A stretch of 62,783 bases of DNA, filler included, from Globobulimina sp. (GCA_003354225.1; 44 parts of 44 records of this genome joined end to end with filler, not necessarily neighbours in it), one strand, 5' to 3'. Positions 25,640-37,658 are shown, counted from the whole stretch's first letter. The notes: generated from the sequence alone by a model not told the origin. Translations and numbers: made by a program.

Positions 25640-25831
25640 NNNNNNNNNNNNNNNNNNNNNNNNNNNNNNNNNNNNNNNNNNNNTTAATTAATTAANNNNN
25701 NNNNNNNNNNNNNNNNNNNNNNNNNNNNNNNNNNNNNNNGCAACTTTTACAAATAGAAATACAATTAATTATAACATATAATATATAATATATAATATTC
25801 TTTTTTAATTTGCGTCGTAATGTTGTCTCAT

Positions 25832-27049
25832 TTAATATTTCGCCATGTTTTTATTTCTCTCATCATCCATCACATCACAAAATAAAGTATATGGCATCAT
25901 CTTCGATTCGTAGCCATATTGCTTAGCAACGCCTTTTTTTTTTGAATCATGACGATATTTCTTAGCACTTTTGCATTTTTTCTTTCTTTTTCGTAATCGG
26001 TTCGCTTGAGCCACAGCAACGTCTTTACCATTTTTTGCTGAATCATCCACAGATTGGCTCCAATTCAATGTATTCAATGTATCATTATTCAATTTCAACC
26101 GCATATTCTCCTCTGTCAACACAACATTTCTTCTCTTCAATTGCACATTTTCCTCCTGCACATTCTTCATTTGCTCAACATTTTCGCCAACAATTTCCCG
26201 CAATCTCTGTATCTCTTTCAATAGCAAATTATTATTGGTTTGCAAGTTAAATTGATCCAAAATCTCTTGAGTTGGCGGAGCTACTTTCCATTCCACAGCG
26301 ACACCATCAGCCGCTGCTATTTTGTCGTCAGAATTAATATTAACTGCCACCAACGAAGCAGATGGACCTAATGTCGACAATGAAAACGCGTCCACAAACT
26401 CTGGATTTAGCTCATTCGATCCATCATCCATCGCATCCTCGTTTTGATCAACTTCATCGAGAAACATTTCAAAAGGATGTTGAAGCATTTTATTCTGCGC
26501 CGAATCGCTCTTAAATAAGTTATGAATATGCATATTTTCAGAATATTGTATCTTATCTAATACCTCTCGGTGAGCTGCGTCATATTCGTCGGCTGAAAGT
26601 TGTTTGTATTCAGGAAGCTCATTGTCGTTATTTGCCCAGTTGGGTTTCAATAACATTTTCATTTTAAAATCGCGATCTTCTTCACTGCCATCAGTGTCGC
26701 AGTCAGATAAAATATCAATTCCTTGCAATTGCTGCTTTTTTTGAGTACTGTCTTCTGATAAATTGACCAAGTCCGCTTTGGTCAAAATATCTGCTTCGTC
26801 ATAGATAGGAATATTATCTTTATAGCTTAAAGGAGAAAAACCTTCATTTGTCTCCGGAAGCGGTGTTGGCAAAAAACTGCAGCTCGTGTTTTGTTTTTTT
26901 GTTTTTGACGAATATGATAATTCTCTGTATCTGCTATTTGCTGTTACTTCTGACATATCATATATTGTTGAAAACGAATGTGTTTGCGATTGACTTTGCA
27001 AATAAGACCATGAATAATACACAAATATTAATAAAAACAATATATACAA
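25832..27049 (-). CDS. Hypothetical acidic protein with a coiled coil and a basic C-terminus
   Basis: 405-aa ORF; heptads KEIQRLRE..EENVQLKRRNVVLTEENMRLK. The true start may be the Met at MSEVTA. Confidence 0.55.
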   Translation of the reverse strand: MYILFLLIFVYYSWSYLQSQSQTHSFSTIYDMSEVTANSRYRELSYSSKTKKQNTSCSFLPTPLPETNEGFSPLSYKDNIPIYDEADILTKADLVNLSEDSTQKKQQLQGIDILSDCDTDGSEEDRDFKMKMLLKPNWANNDNELPEYKQLSADEYDAAHREVLDKIQYSENMHIHNLFKSDSAQNKMLQHPFEMFLDEVDQNEDAMDDGSNELNPEFVDAFSLSTLGPSASLVAVNINSDDKIAAADGVAVEWKVAPPTQEILDQFNLQTNNNLLLKEIQRLREIVGENVEQMKNVQEENVQLKRRNVVLTEENMRLKLNNDTLNTLNWSQSVDDSAKNGKDVAVAQANRLRKRKKKCKSAKKYRHDSKKKGVAKQYGYESKMMPYTLFCDVMDDERNKNMAKY

Positions 27050-27371
27050 TACCTGGCACCACCGACATNNNNNNNNNNNNNNNNNNNNNNNNNNNNNNNN
27101 NNNNNNNNNNNNTTAATTAATTAANNNNNNNNNNNNNNNNNNNNNNNNNNNNNNNNNNNNNNNNNNNNTGGCTTCTTCTTTTTTTTTTTTAAAAATATAG
27201 TTATTTCAACAATGCTTCATTTTTTTTTGTCTGAAAATTGTCTTCTAAAAAAACTCAATACTCTGCTCATTCTCGTGTGTTGGCTCTACTGTCCCGGCAA
27301 TTAAAGGCCAAATTTGTTGCAGTGCTGTCAGGATGATTTTTAATTGACCTGTTGGCCTGTTCTATTACATT

Positions 27372-28457
27372 ATGCAAAACACAAATTCTAATAATATTAT
27401 ATTAGTCTCTTCCAATGACGGTAGTAATGTGAATGCCTTCAATTTGGGGAATACATCACAACCAATACCGTCATCTCTATGTATACCTAATCAAATCAAT
27501 GTATATCATATTAAAATGCCCAACATTCCAAATGGTAATTCTCCCACAATGTTACCATTGGCAAATCAATCCGCTTTCGACATGTTCAACACCAATAACA
27601 TGCACCAGATGCACATAATGAACAATGTAAACAATTTTAATTATAACCAACATAATCATTCACTAAATAATTCTCTTGTCAATAATATGAAATCTGAAGT
27701 GCAAACCAGTTGCAATCCGAATGCAAACAACACAAACAACACAAATGCATTTGCTGATAACGTTACAATTACCAATAATAATAATAATAATAAGCCAAAT
27801 TCATCCGATAATACATCAATTAAATTACAGCCTGTATCAGCAGTGGTTGTTGGACAGGAAACAAAGAAAAAATATAAATGTGATAAATGCAGTAAATCAT
27901 TCCGTGCCGCAGCTAATTTAAAAGTGCACCAAAGGGTTCATAGTGCGTCAGCATATGAATGCAATTTCTGTCCACGTAAATTTGCACGATCTAGCAATTT
28001 GGAACAACATTTAAGAGTGCATACCAATGAGAGACCATATAAATGTGATAAATGTGGTAAAGCATTTAAACAATCGCATTCATTGTTGGATCATATCCGT
28101 CGCCATGCAGTTAATTGAATTACATATTCATAGATAATTATTACATTTTCAGATTTTATAACATGTATTTTAAAATCTGAAAATGTAATAACATAAGATA
28201 GATAATTAACATTTTATTATACATTGATAGGGAGAGAAACCATTTCAATGTGATTGGTGCGGCAAACGATTCACTGTCAAACATAATATGGTGGTACATC
28301 GCAGAATTCATACTGTATGTATCTATTTATTATATTATTTTCTGTTGTTTATCTATGTTTTGTGTGTCAGGGAGAGAAACCATATGAATGTTCCCGATGT
28401 TCAAAAAAATTTTCATCAAAAGCTGGTCTCAATCAACATTCAAAAAGACATAAATAA
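27372..28457 (+). CDS. C2H2 zinc-finger transcription factor with five fingers; introns 28110..28230 and 28315..28370
   Basis: Asn-rich N-terminus and CxxC..HxxxH fingers. Both introns split the H(A/T)-GEKP linker in phase 0. Stop TAA at 28455-28457. Confidence 0.92.
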
Positions 28458-29080
28458 TATATACTGTAATGTAATTTATATAATTTATCGTTAACTGNNN
28501 NNNNNNNNNNNNNNNNNNNNNNNNNNNNNNNNNNNNNNNNNTTAATTAATTAANNNNNNNNNNNNNNNNNNNNNNNNNNNNNNNNNNNNNNNNNNNNAAT
28601 ATGTGTTACACCGAATATTAATGCTATTAATAATAAAACTTTCATCTTTTTGTGTTAGACGCTGTTTGTCCTGTAAATGTACATTAAATTTAAATTAAAT
28701 TAATTCATTGTGTTTTGCAGTACGTATACCTGTGGCGCTACAAACACAAACCAAAGGAACACAGTCTATTAACTTTGCTACTTTTGGTTTGGGTTTGTAG
28801 CGCGGCGTGATGCATATATACTTTCCACGTACGGTGCTTTGGTTTGGAGGTATTGAGTTTTTTAGCTGTTTGTTGTTGACAGGATTAGCTGAATAGAAAT
28901 TGACTAAGTTTTGGCTTTGCAAACTGAAAAACGTTACATTTTTATTAGTGCTAAAATAGCTTTCAACGCTGCTAATTTGGCAATGGCTGCACATCTTCCA
29001 CCTCCACTTCCACAGCCAAAGTTTTTGAGTCAAGTAGCAAGCTTCAAAAATGTTTTAGTCACTCAACTCTATCAATAATC

Positions 29081-29800
29081 ATGACAGAATTTGAGACGTT
29101 TGAAATCTCAATAACATCATTAGATGGCAAATATCAGTTTTTATCGTCATCATTACAAAATGTTGGCATCAATGAGACATACCAGTCATTATTTGATCGA
29201 TTGATAGAACCCTTTGTATTTGCACCAAAAGACGACGTAATTGCAAACAATTCTTCTCCGGTATCAAATAATTCTAAATCAAATGATCATGACTCACCCA
29301 AAAAATCAGCCATACTCTCACCGGCATCATCATCATCATCACCAACTTCATCATCTGATCATTACAAACTCGATAAATTAGATATAAAAACTATTGAATG
29401 TCGATGTTATTCAAACTTAAATTCACCGCAAGGCAGTGGCTGTAACGTAGCACTGCAATTTAACATTCATTCCATCTCCAAACGACATAAGTTTTTACGT
29501 ATCATCTATCAAATTGATGTGCCACATTCTTCCGTCACTGATCCGGTAATAAATACATCTCCGATATCATCAAAACAATTGCAACAATTACAGCAACCCA
29601 GAAAATATTCCAAAGTTAAAAATTACACAATTTAATTTTCATGAATTTTCTTACACAAACATACTGCACCATTTTCTATATAGTTTCATGAGTTGGCGAG
29701 CCATTTAAAGAAATCGCGTTGTAAGCACTCCAAATCTCACATGAAATACAAAGTGTATAAGCCGCAAGAATCGCTGTTAACGCTTTTATTCGTTGTGCCA
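29081..29800 (+). CDS. Hypothetical Ser-rich eukaryotic protein, probably spliced near 29614..29683
   Basis: 184-aa ORF; a GTTAAA..TAG intron joins in frame to [10 protein letters not shown]. Confidence 0.45.
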
Positions 29801-29805
29801 GAGTT

Positions 29806-29926
29806 CAAGTCGATGTATTTCATATTTGACGATCGAACTCAAAGACATGATCTCAGAAAGTTTCAAAGGCCAGTTTGAAGACTGGATTTTCGGTTGTGAT
29901 ATTTGTCAGGATGTGTGTCCCTGGAA
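29806..29926 (+). CDS. queG: Bacterial epoxyqueuosine reductase fragment
   Basis: [26 protein letters not shown] is the QueG Fe-S signature. Confidence 0.85.
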
Positions 29927-30333
29927 NNNNNNNNNNNNNNNNNNNNNNNNNNNNNNNNNNNNNNNNNNNNTTAATTAATTAANNNNNNNNNNNNNNNNNN
30001 NNNNNNNNNNNNNNNNNNNNNNNNNNAATAGACTTTAGCGATATTCCTTTGCATTCAGGTGGATCAGACATAAATATACCAAATATTTAATACAATGGAT
30101 AGTGTTATAAATAATATTGCATATAGGTAAAATATGGGAAATTGTGAAATTACAAAATAATAAACTTATCGACCAGGGGGTGCTTATCTATAATTATCTT
30201 TTGGTATAGAAGTTTCAAACTTAGTTGTATAGTTAACCAGCTGTCCAAACAATTATGCAGATCAATTATGAATAATTAGCAATTTTATCCTATATTTATC
30301 AAAACCCGATACAATATCTTAGGTATTAATAAA

Positions 30334-31224
30334 ATGACGAAAGTATTGTTTGTTGTGTGTTTAGCACATATTTTGGTGCTGCTCCTATTACTTTTATTAC
30401 CATCATTCATTTATGTTTACATTGCCAATGAGGTGAAATGGTATTATGCATTTATTACATTTTGCACTCACGTTGCATTATTATGCAGTTCAATAAAATA
30501 TCTCAATGGCATGCGGTTCGTGATATATCCGTTTCGTTGGTTATTAATACGACAATTCTGCTATGCTGATTTTCACGCATATGCCAAGCAACCCACATTT
30601 GCTAAAGACATGTCGTCTTACCATTCATTGACTGACTTCGTGAAAACTCTCAGCCGTGATTCTCGCAGAAACATCTTAAAAAAAATTCCAGCCACAATCA
30701 ATGAATTACGTAAAACAGAAAATTTAAAAATTAAAACGATATCATGCAATTATTTAAAAATAGAGCATTTTAGAGTATTAATTGAACATCAACGGTTCAT
30801 TAAAACTTCCAAAATTGGGACATTTTTACGATGTGTGTCGATATTTTTTGCTATTGGTAGTATTGAAGAATATTATTTGAAGAATAAACTGGTGGCCTTT
30901 GGGTATAATGTGATTATAAATAATGCGTGCATTGGAGTCAAATGGTACAGCGTTGAAGCGGCGAAAAAAAAAAGTTTGCACTTTTGCATGCAAATAAGAC
31001 ATTTAAAGAGATGTATTGCTGATCCAAATATTAAATATGCAAATCTTATGCCGGGAGGATGCAAAGAAATGAAATTAAAGTTTGGAATGGATCAATATTC
31101 AGTCGATGAGAATAAAAATACGATTGAAAAATTAGGTGAAATTTATGGATACAATAAACCTTGTCTTCCTTGCTTTTGTTGGACTAAAGTCAAAGAAATA
31201 GACATCAAATATCACGATATCTAG
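30334..31224 (+). CDS. Membrane-anchored GNAT-fold protein (Acetyltransf_6/FemAB-like)
   Basis: Two N-terminal hydrophobic helices; LSRDSRRNILK, YYLKNKLVAF, NLMPGG..MKLKFG. Confidence 0.5.
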   Translation: MTKVLFVVCLAHILVLLLLLLLPSFIYVYIANEVKWYYAFITFCTHVALLCSSIKYLNGMRFVIYPFRWLLIRQFCYADFHAYAKQPTFAKDMSSYHSLTDFVKTLSRDSRRNILKKIPATINELRKTENLKIKTISCNYLKIEHFRVLIEHQRFIKTSKIGTFLRCVSIFFAIGSIEEYYLKNKLVAFGYNVIINNACIGVKWYSVEAAKKKSLHFCMQIRHLKRCIADPNIKYANLMPGGCKEMKLKFGMDQYSVDENKNTIEKLGEIYGYNKPCLPCFCWTKVKEIDIKYHDI

Positions 31225-31478
31225 ATGACAGTTTGCCCCTTCTTAATGATAAAATAATATTTCATATATTTGTATGCAATTCTTTTTTCATGTATATTTG
31301 TAAACAATTCTTGTCTTTTAGGTATTTGTTTATATGACAACCAAATCGCATACAANNNNNNNNNNNNNNNNNNNNNNNNNNNNNNNNNNNNNNNNNNNNT
31401 TAATTAATTAANNNNNNNNNNNNNNNNNNNNNNNNNNNNNNNNNNNNNNNNNNNNAAAAATAATAGATAGCAAAACAA

Positions 31479-32294
31479 CTAACCTTTAATACCGTTTATA
31501 ATCTCAAAAAATTCATACAACGCATTAGAATCAAATGCAAAATTAAATTCTGTGTTTGCGTCAACATTGCCACTCTCAAAAGTACCGCCCATAATATAAA
31601 TGTCTTTGGCCAACGATAAAATGCCAGGATGTTTAAGCTCGGCTCGATATAAATTAGTCACTGGACCAGCGCATAAAATACTGATTTCATTGGGAAATGC
31701 CAATAATTTGTCGATGATTAAGTCCTCAGAATATGGAGTGCGCTCAACATTTTTAAACCATTTTTTAACTTTGCTCTGCGAAGCAAAGACATTGGGAAAA
31801 TCCTTAAATGTGTCTGAAAGTCCGTTAAATCCATCCATTCCAAAAAACGAATCTAAAGCAGTAAATGTTGTCCCATCTTTTTTATGCATTTTCCCAATGG
31901 GAATGGATTTTAATTTGGTTCGAATATTACGTGTTTCCTTTGTAAATCCGGGTGTTGTTATATTGACCATATGCATTATATTTCGGTATGTATCCAACGG
32001 GGAGATGTTACCTTCGATGGAGGTTAAAGCTTCAATTGAATATAAATCGTTTTTATATCCTTCTAATAACCAAATTAAAGCAAATGCATCGTCTAAACCT
32101 GGATCTGAATCAAATATAATACGCCGTTTAGTATTTATTTTGGTTTTGGTTTCCAGGCTTGCACCACATCCATTTGTGGCTGAACAAACCTCCTCTGCGG
32201 GGTTTTCGTTATCATTTGTATTGGAATCGTTTGGTTTTGCATGGCATAATGCTAAAAAAACTAAAAAAAATTGAATGACACGCAACGACGACAT
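31479..32294 (-). CDS. Secreted inosine-uridine-type nucleoside hydrolase, 3' truncated
   Basis: Signal peptide; IIFDSDPGLDDAFAL, GPVTNL, IMGG, GNV..TEFNFAFD. Confidence 0.9.
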   Translation of the reverse strand: MSSLRVIQFFLVFLALCHAKPNDSNTNDNENPAEEVCSATNGCGASLETKTKINTKRRIIFDSDPGLDDAFALIWLLEGYKNDLYSIEALTSIEGNISPLDTYRNIMHMVNITTPGFTKETRNIRTKLKSIPIGKMHKKDGTTFTALDSFFGMDGFNGLSDTFKDFPNVFASQSKVKKWFKNVERTPYSEDLIIDKLLAFPNEISILCAGPVTNLYRAELKHPGILSLAKDIYIMGGTFESGNVDANTEFNFAFDSNALYEFFEIINGIKG

Positions 32295-32457
32295 GTTGTA
32301 TTTAGTAAAAAGTTAAAGTTTTGTGTTTGAGAGTAAATAATAATATTTGGACGGGTATAATAGTATAATGCTCAACACAATTAAAATCAACAGATTGTTA
32401 CATACACAAAAAAACAATAATAATAATAATACAAAAAAAATAAATATATGTGACATG

Positions 32458-32784
32458 TCAATATGAAATATCATTGCCATCAAACGAGACAATTTTCCAA
32501 ACCATTTTTGTATCTCTAAATCCTAAGAAAATATGATAAGTTTGTGATTTATTGATGTTTATAGTGAAAATCTGGGCAGAATGTTCAAAAAATATGAGTT
32601 TATAATGTTTTAAATCAATAATCATTCCAATTATATCATTGGTTGCAAAATGTTTTTTCAATTTGCATTCAAAGACTTTAGTTTTAGATCCCATCATTTT
32701 AGAGTGTATGGTACATTTTGCATGATTATGTTTGCAGAGATAATATTGATTTCCATATCGAAAATCAGAAGCACAGCAAACATC
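32458..32784 (-). CDS. SPRY/B30.2-like C-terminal fragment
   Basis: FATNDIIGMIIDLKHYKLIFF matches the GD.IG..LD....L.F SPRY pattern. Confidence 0.5.
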   Translation of the reverse strand, partial: DVCCASDFRYGNQYYLCKHNHAKCTIHSKMMGSKTKVFECKLKKHFATNDIIGMIIDLKHYKLIFFEHSAQIFTININKSQTYHIFLGFRDTKMVWKIVSFDGNDISY

Positions 32785-32884
32785 NNNNNNNNNNNNNNNN
32801 NNNNNNNNNNNNNNNNNNNNNNNNNNNNTTAATTAATTAANNNNNNNNNNNNNNNNNNNNNNNNNNNNNNNNNNNNNNNNNNNN

Positions 32885-33492
32885 TGTGAAAAGTAATTCG
32901 TCAATTGAGAACCGCGCAATGTGAGTTGGGTGGCGTTATGTAAATTGGATTTGGGAAGATGAAAATTGATATATGAATGATGTGGGACACCACCGTAATA
33001 TGTTATGTATTCGCTCGTCAGCGCATTTGTCGTATTATATGTTTTGGTAATATATGATTCGAACTTTGAATTGTATTTATTTGGGATATCCCAATTTACA
33101 TCACATTCAATAACATATGGTGTATTATCCTTCTCCAATTCCTCCGCAAACTCATCATTGGTCTCGCGCGCCAAATCGTGCGATGACTTATAGTCGGCGA
33201 ATTCGTTTAAATTGATAATTCTATCAAAACGTACATTCTCATCCAGTTGGGTGTCGTAATCACCAGTTACCTCATCCTCAAGCGAAAATGTAATAGTTTT
33301 ACCCCCACCCGCGTCATATTTATTTGTTACAATAGATTGAGGTATAAATGTAGTGTTTATGAGGGAAATGGTTTTTATATTAGTAAATGTATCTGTATCA
33401 ATTTCATATTCACCCACGTTTTCAGACGATTTTCTTTGTGTACTATCAATAACAATTAAATTTCGTTTGATTTTTGTGGATTTTATATCCAT
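32885..33492 (-). CDS. NCLDV-like protein (DUF5901/minor-capsid-like N-terminus), partial
   Basis: LIVIDSTQR..YEI..FTNIKTISLINTTF; paralogous to the divergent neighbouring gene. Confidence 0.55.
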
Positions 33493-33522
33493 GAATATAT
33501 AATATATAACATAATACTTTAT

Positions 33523-34213
33523 ATGAATGACGTTGACTATGTACCACAGATATATACTTCAACTAGGAGAACACTCATTAATATAGACAGTTCGCTGAGG
33601 GATAAAAACGCGTATCCAAATCAAAACTCGTACGAAATAAAATTAGATAGAACTTTTGACAACGTTAAAATTGTTAATCTAATAAGTACGGAATTTATAA
33701 ATACGGAGTTCACAATAGTTGACACACCCTCATCCGCGGCAAACAATAAAATTGAATTGACCATAAACAATGATATTACGATTATCATAACCATACCGGC
33801 GGGCAATTATACTCCCGACGAATTGGAGAAGGTTATCAATGAACAAATGGATGACCAAGTTCCCCAACCCTATCGTGTTATACTTGATATAAACGAGGAA
33901 ACGGGATATGTTACGTGGAAGGCATATAAGTCATTTGATTTAGTAAACCCATTTAGAAAAACACGTTATGGGCAAATTGGAAATGCGAAATATTATGCGG
34001 ATGGGGCAAATATTTTTAGGGAAAATACTGATGCGACCGATAACAGATACACCGATTATAATATTCCGGCATTTTTAACACAATATGTTAATGTTGATAT
34101 TAACGACCACGGATTTGTTGGGGGGGATGCGATTGAAATAAATGGAAAAAATGGAGTTGTAAGCGACTTTTTGGTGGAGAATAACTCATTTATCATCAAA
34201 ACAAATGATGCTA
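33523..34213 (+). CDS. NCLDV-like protein (DUF5901/minor-capsid-like), partial
   Basis: LINIDSSLRDKNAYPNQNSYEIKL..FDNVKIVNLISTEF..NNKI..IPAGNYTPDEL; intronless. Confidence 0.65.
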
Positions 34214-35005
34214 NNNNNNNNNNNNNNNNNNNNNNNNNNNNNNNNNNNNNNNNNNNNTTAATTAATTAANNNNNNNNNNNNNNNNNNNNNNNNNNNNNNN
34301 NNNNNNNNNNNNNCCGTCCGATTTCAGTACGTGAGTGTGACGAATTAAACTTCTTCTTCTGAGACTTTACTTGAAATTTATTAAGCAAACACAAAACAAG
34401 CTTGGAATACATCTTTTTGTCCAATTTAATTGTGGTGAGCGATTATCTCCAAAAGTTGAAGTCCGATCACCACAATGAAAATTAGCTCAATAGTTGTGAC
34501 TGCAGTGGATATCGGGTTTATTCATTGAAGAAAGATTCGAGAGTGGCAATAATGAGATAAACTTCAGATTATGTTACATTAAGAACCAACATTTTCATTT
34601 GTTTGAAGGTAGCATATAAGCGGACAATAAGCAATAATATGTAAAAAACAATTGACCCAAACCTCCAAATAAGAAACCATTGCCATATACTATGTCTTCC
34701 GGGTCATCAGTGGATTCATCATAATTTGTTCCAATTTTTAAACATATTTCTGAAATAAGATATTGATGATATCTTTGTGGATGGAAGGATCGATTTGTTG
34801 TCCTCCTTAGAGCGGTCACAAAGATGTCTGGTTGTCGATGTTAATAACATTAAACCTCCAAATACTGATAAACACCATCCAACCAACCAAGCAATATATA
34901 GCGCTAAGTTTCATTTCAGAAGACATTATTTTTCGTTTTTGTGAAAAGGGTTGGGGCGACCTCTTAATTGAACAAACATGTACAAATTTAGTTGAGATTT
35001 CGTTT

Positions 35006-35642
35006 TTAAAGTTGAGTTTTATTTTTCTTCCATATTTTAATAGCTGTGATTATATCCAGATCATTGATCATTGTTCTCTCCGAATTTATAGCCAACAAAT
35101 TACAAAACTCAAACAACTCCGTTAAAAATGATTCTGTCCCTTGTTGTAATGTCAACATTGCCGATCTTTGAAACTTTACATCATTTGAATATGTATCATC
35201 ATTCAATATAACATTACCAACAAAACTATCAAACTCTTCTTTTGAAATTAATAATTTTGTCAATAATTGATATTTTTCAATCTCTTTTATTTGAATCCAT
35301 CCTGGAAATTTATCATTTTTTTCTTCTTGATTTAACCAAACTGATCTTCCAAATTCGTCATTTTCTTCCTCTGCTTTTTCATCGTCATTGGCATCCTCAC
35401 AATCTATGTCTTGGTAAAATGTCTCCATTGAATCCATATTTTCAAACATCTCAAAATCATTATCATCATCACTCCCTATGTCTTGTTCCGGATCCATTGG
35501 CATTGGGATATATATACATCCATTTGACTCATTATCTGACGACGCATAATTATAACTTGCATCAATTGATATATTCCTGCTTCCCTCAAGAGTAGAGACT
35601 TTCGGACTTGTAATCGGTGAAGCGTTGGCGGCTGGTCTACCG
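35006..35642 (-). CDS. Protein with an acidic region and a C-terminal divergent histone H3-like fold, 5' truncated
   Basis: PGWIQIKEIEKYQ..LLISK..KFQRSAMLTLQQGTESFLTELFE..NLLAI..R.MINDLDI aligns with H3. The frame stays open upstream of the Met at 35503 to the contig end. Confidence 0.8.
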
Positions 35643-35742
35643 NNNNNNNNNNNNNNNNNNNNNNNNNNNNNNNNNNNNNNNNNNNNTTAATTAATTAANN
35701 NNNNNNNNNNNNNNNNNNNNNNNNNNNNNNNNNNNNNNNNNN

Positions 35743-36318
35743 TGCATGTTGTGTTGGTACAACCCCATCTTTTTTCCCATGAAACATAAACATCGGAGTT
35801 TCGCGGTTTTTTAAGTGTAATATCTGTTTTTTATCAATATTAAAATCAAGTAAATATCCCGAACAACAAATAATTGCACTCAATTTATCATTACATAATA
35901 ATCCGGAATAAATCGACATGGCTCCGCCTTGCGAAAATCCACCAATAATAATTCTATCCGATGCCATTTTGCATAATGTAATCTCATCACTAATCAGTGA
36001 ATGAATGTATTGCATTGAATCATCTTTTCCATCATACGTATTAAGCTCCCGATTGTTTAACGATGCAATATCATACCAACCATTCATGACAGAGCCATGA
36101 CTACATGTTATTGCACGCAATGGCGCTGTCGGTAAAATAAACTTAATATACGGAAACGCTTTACTCATTGAGAACATCTCAGAATACCATCCTTGGCCGG
36201 TATCGCCCAGTCCATGCAGCCAAATAACAGTGGCGGTTTGTTTAGCTTTGGCATCGATAACAATAGGTTTTGGATACACTAATTTCATTTTATTGTCTTC
36301 TTTTGCTTCTTGTGCCAT
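35743..36318 (-). CDS. Acyl-protein thioesterase/lysophospholipase (APT1/LYPLA-like), 3' truncated
   Basis: WLHGLGDTG, PTAP, GWYDI, GGFSQGG, FHGKKD. Confidence 0.92.
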
Positions 36319-36396
36319 TTAAAATTTATAGGTTGAAGATGTTTTTGAGCTTACTAAAAAATGTTGATATCATTGATTTTCTGATACACATAAAGA

Positions 36397-37071
36397 ATGA
36401 GCCATGCATCTAAGAACCTAACCAAACGATCCCACTCAGCAACCTCCAGCAAACGAGGAAGTAAAATATTCCAATTGTTTCATGCAACCAACTCATTGAA
36501 TTTAGACAAGCCATTACCAAGCAGCCACTCACTTAAACATAACCAACATCATCGCTCTCAATCAAACACGACGCAATTCAACCGATTGAAATCAGTTATT
36601 TCCAGTTTATTCCTCAAAAAAACTACTTCTGTCAAACCAAAAAAAAGCAGATCTGCAAATCCAAAACCAAAAAAGAGCAGATCTGCAAACCCAAAACCAA
36701 AACTAACCAAAAAAGCAAGTACAAAGGCAACAAAAGCGCGATCACACCGATCTCAGTCCTTTTCATTCCGCCACAAAATTAAGAAAAAAAATAGAAAGAA
36801 ACACAAAAACAATAAAAACTGCACAACAAACAAGAAAAAACCCGGTAAAAAAACTAGCCACAAAAAAACTAATTCATGTCATATTAACACAATGTATGAA
36901 ACTGGAGAATATTATGCGAATCAAGCAAATACAAACAGCATTAGCATGAATAGCATGAATAGTATCCACCCGGCTTTATCCACTACGAATATATTATTAG
37001 ATGATATCATTGAAATTGAAGAGGATCTATCCGAATCTGACGAATTTAAGTACAATGATCCAACGTCGCAC
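36397..37071 (+). CDS. Lys/Ser-rich basic hypothetical protein, partial
   Basis: Open frame to the contig end; duplicated PKKSRSANPK; divergent from the thioesterase with a 78-bp gap. Confidence 0.5.
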
Positions 37072-37658
37072 NNNNNNNNNNNNNNNNNNNNNNNNNNNNN
37101 NNNNNNNNNNNNNNNTTAATTAATTAANNNNNNNNNNNNNNNNNNNNNNNNNNNNNNNNNNNNNNNNNNNNCGTTAAAATAAGTTTGTATCCAGCATGTA
37201 CCATCAATTCTGGACGTGTACCAACTGCAATCAGGTTCTGAAACAAAAGGGATCGAAGACATGATTTTGCAATAAACAGTCTTTTTAAAAAAAAGTCACA
37301 CTGTGCGAGTGGACGCAAAACATGGTGTCCCTGTTTTAGTTTTGATATGATATTTCAGATGAAACTAAAAACATGTTTTAGATAATTGTTAAATGGACAG
37401 AAAGAACAAAAAAAAACATAACCGTATTTCAAAATTATTCAACAATTAAACGCGAAAAAATATTATAAATCTGACATAATCGAAATTAAAAAACTACCTG
37501 AAAAAAAAACACAAATCGATATCAAACAAAAAAACATTAAACTTTCAGTAGTAACACACACAAAAATCGAGTATACATAGAGCTAGAGACAGAGGTTGAA
37601 CATGGTACGGTTGCAAATGTATTTATTTATTACAATACAGTGTATATAGTGTATAGAT

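Noticed and set aside
31600-32274. Long antisense ORFs (also 38622..39155, 4994..5449, 54730..55113)
   Set aside because: They are shadows of well-supported genes on the opposite strand and have no motifs of their own.
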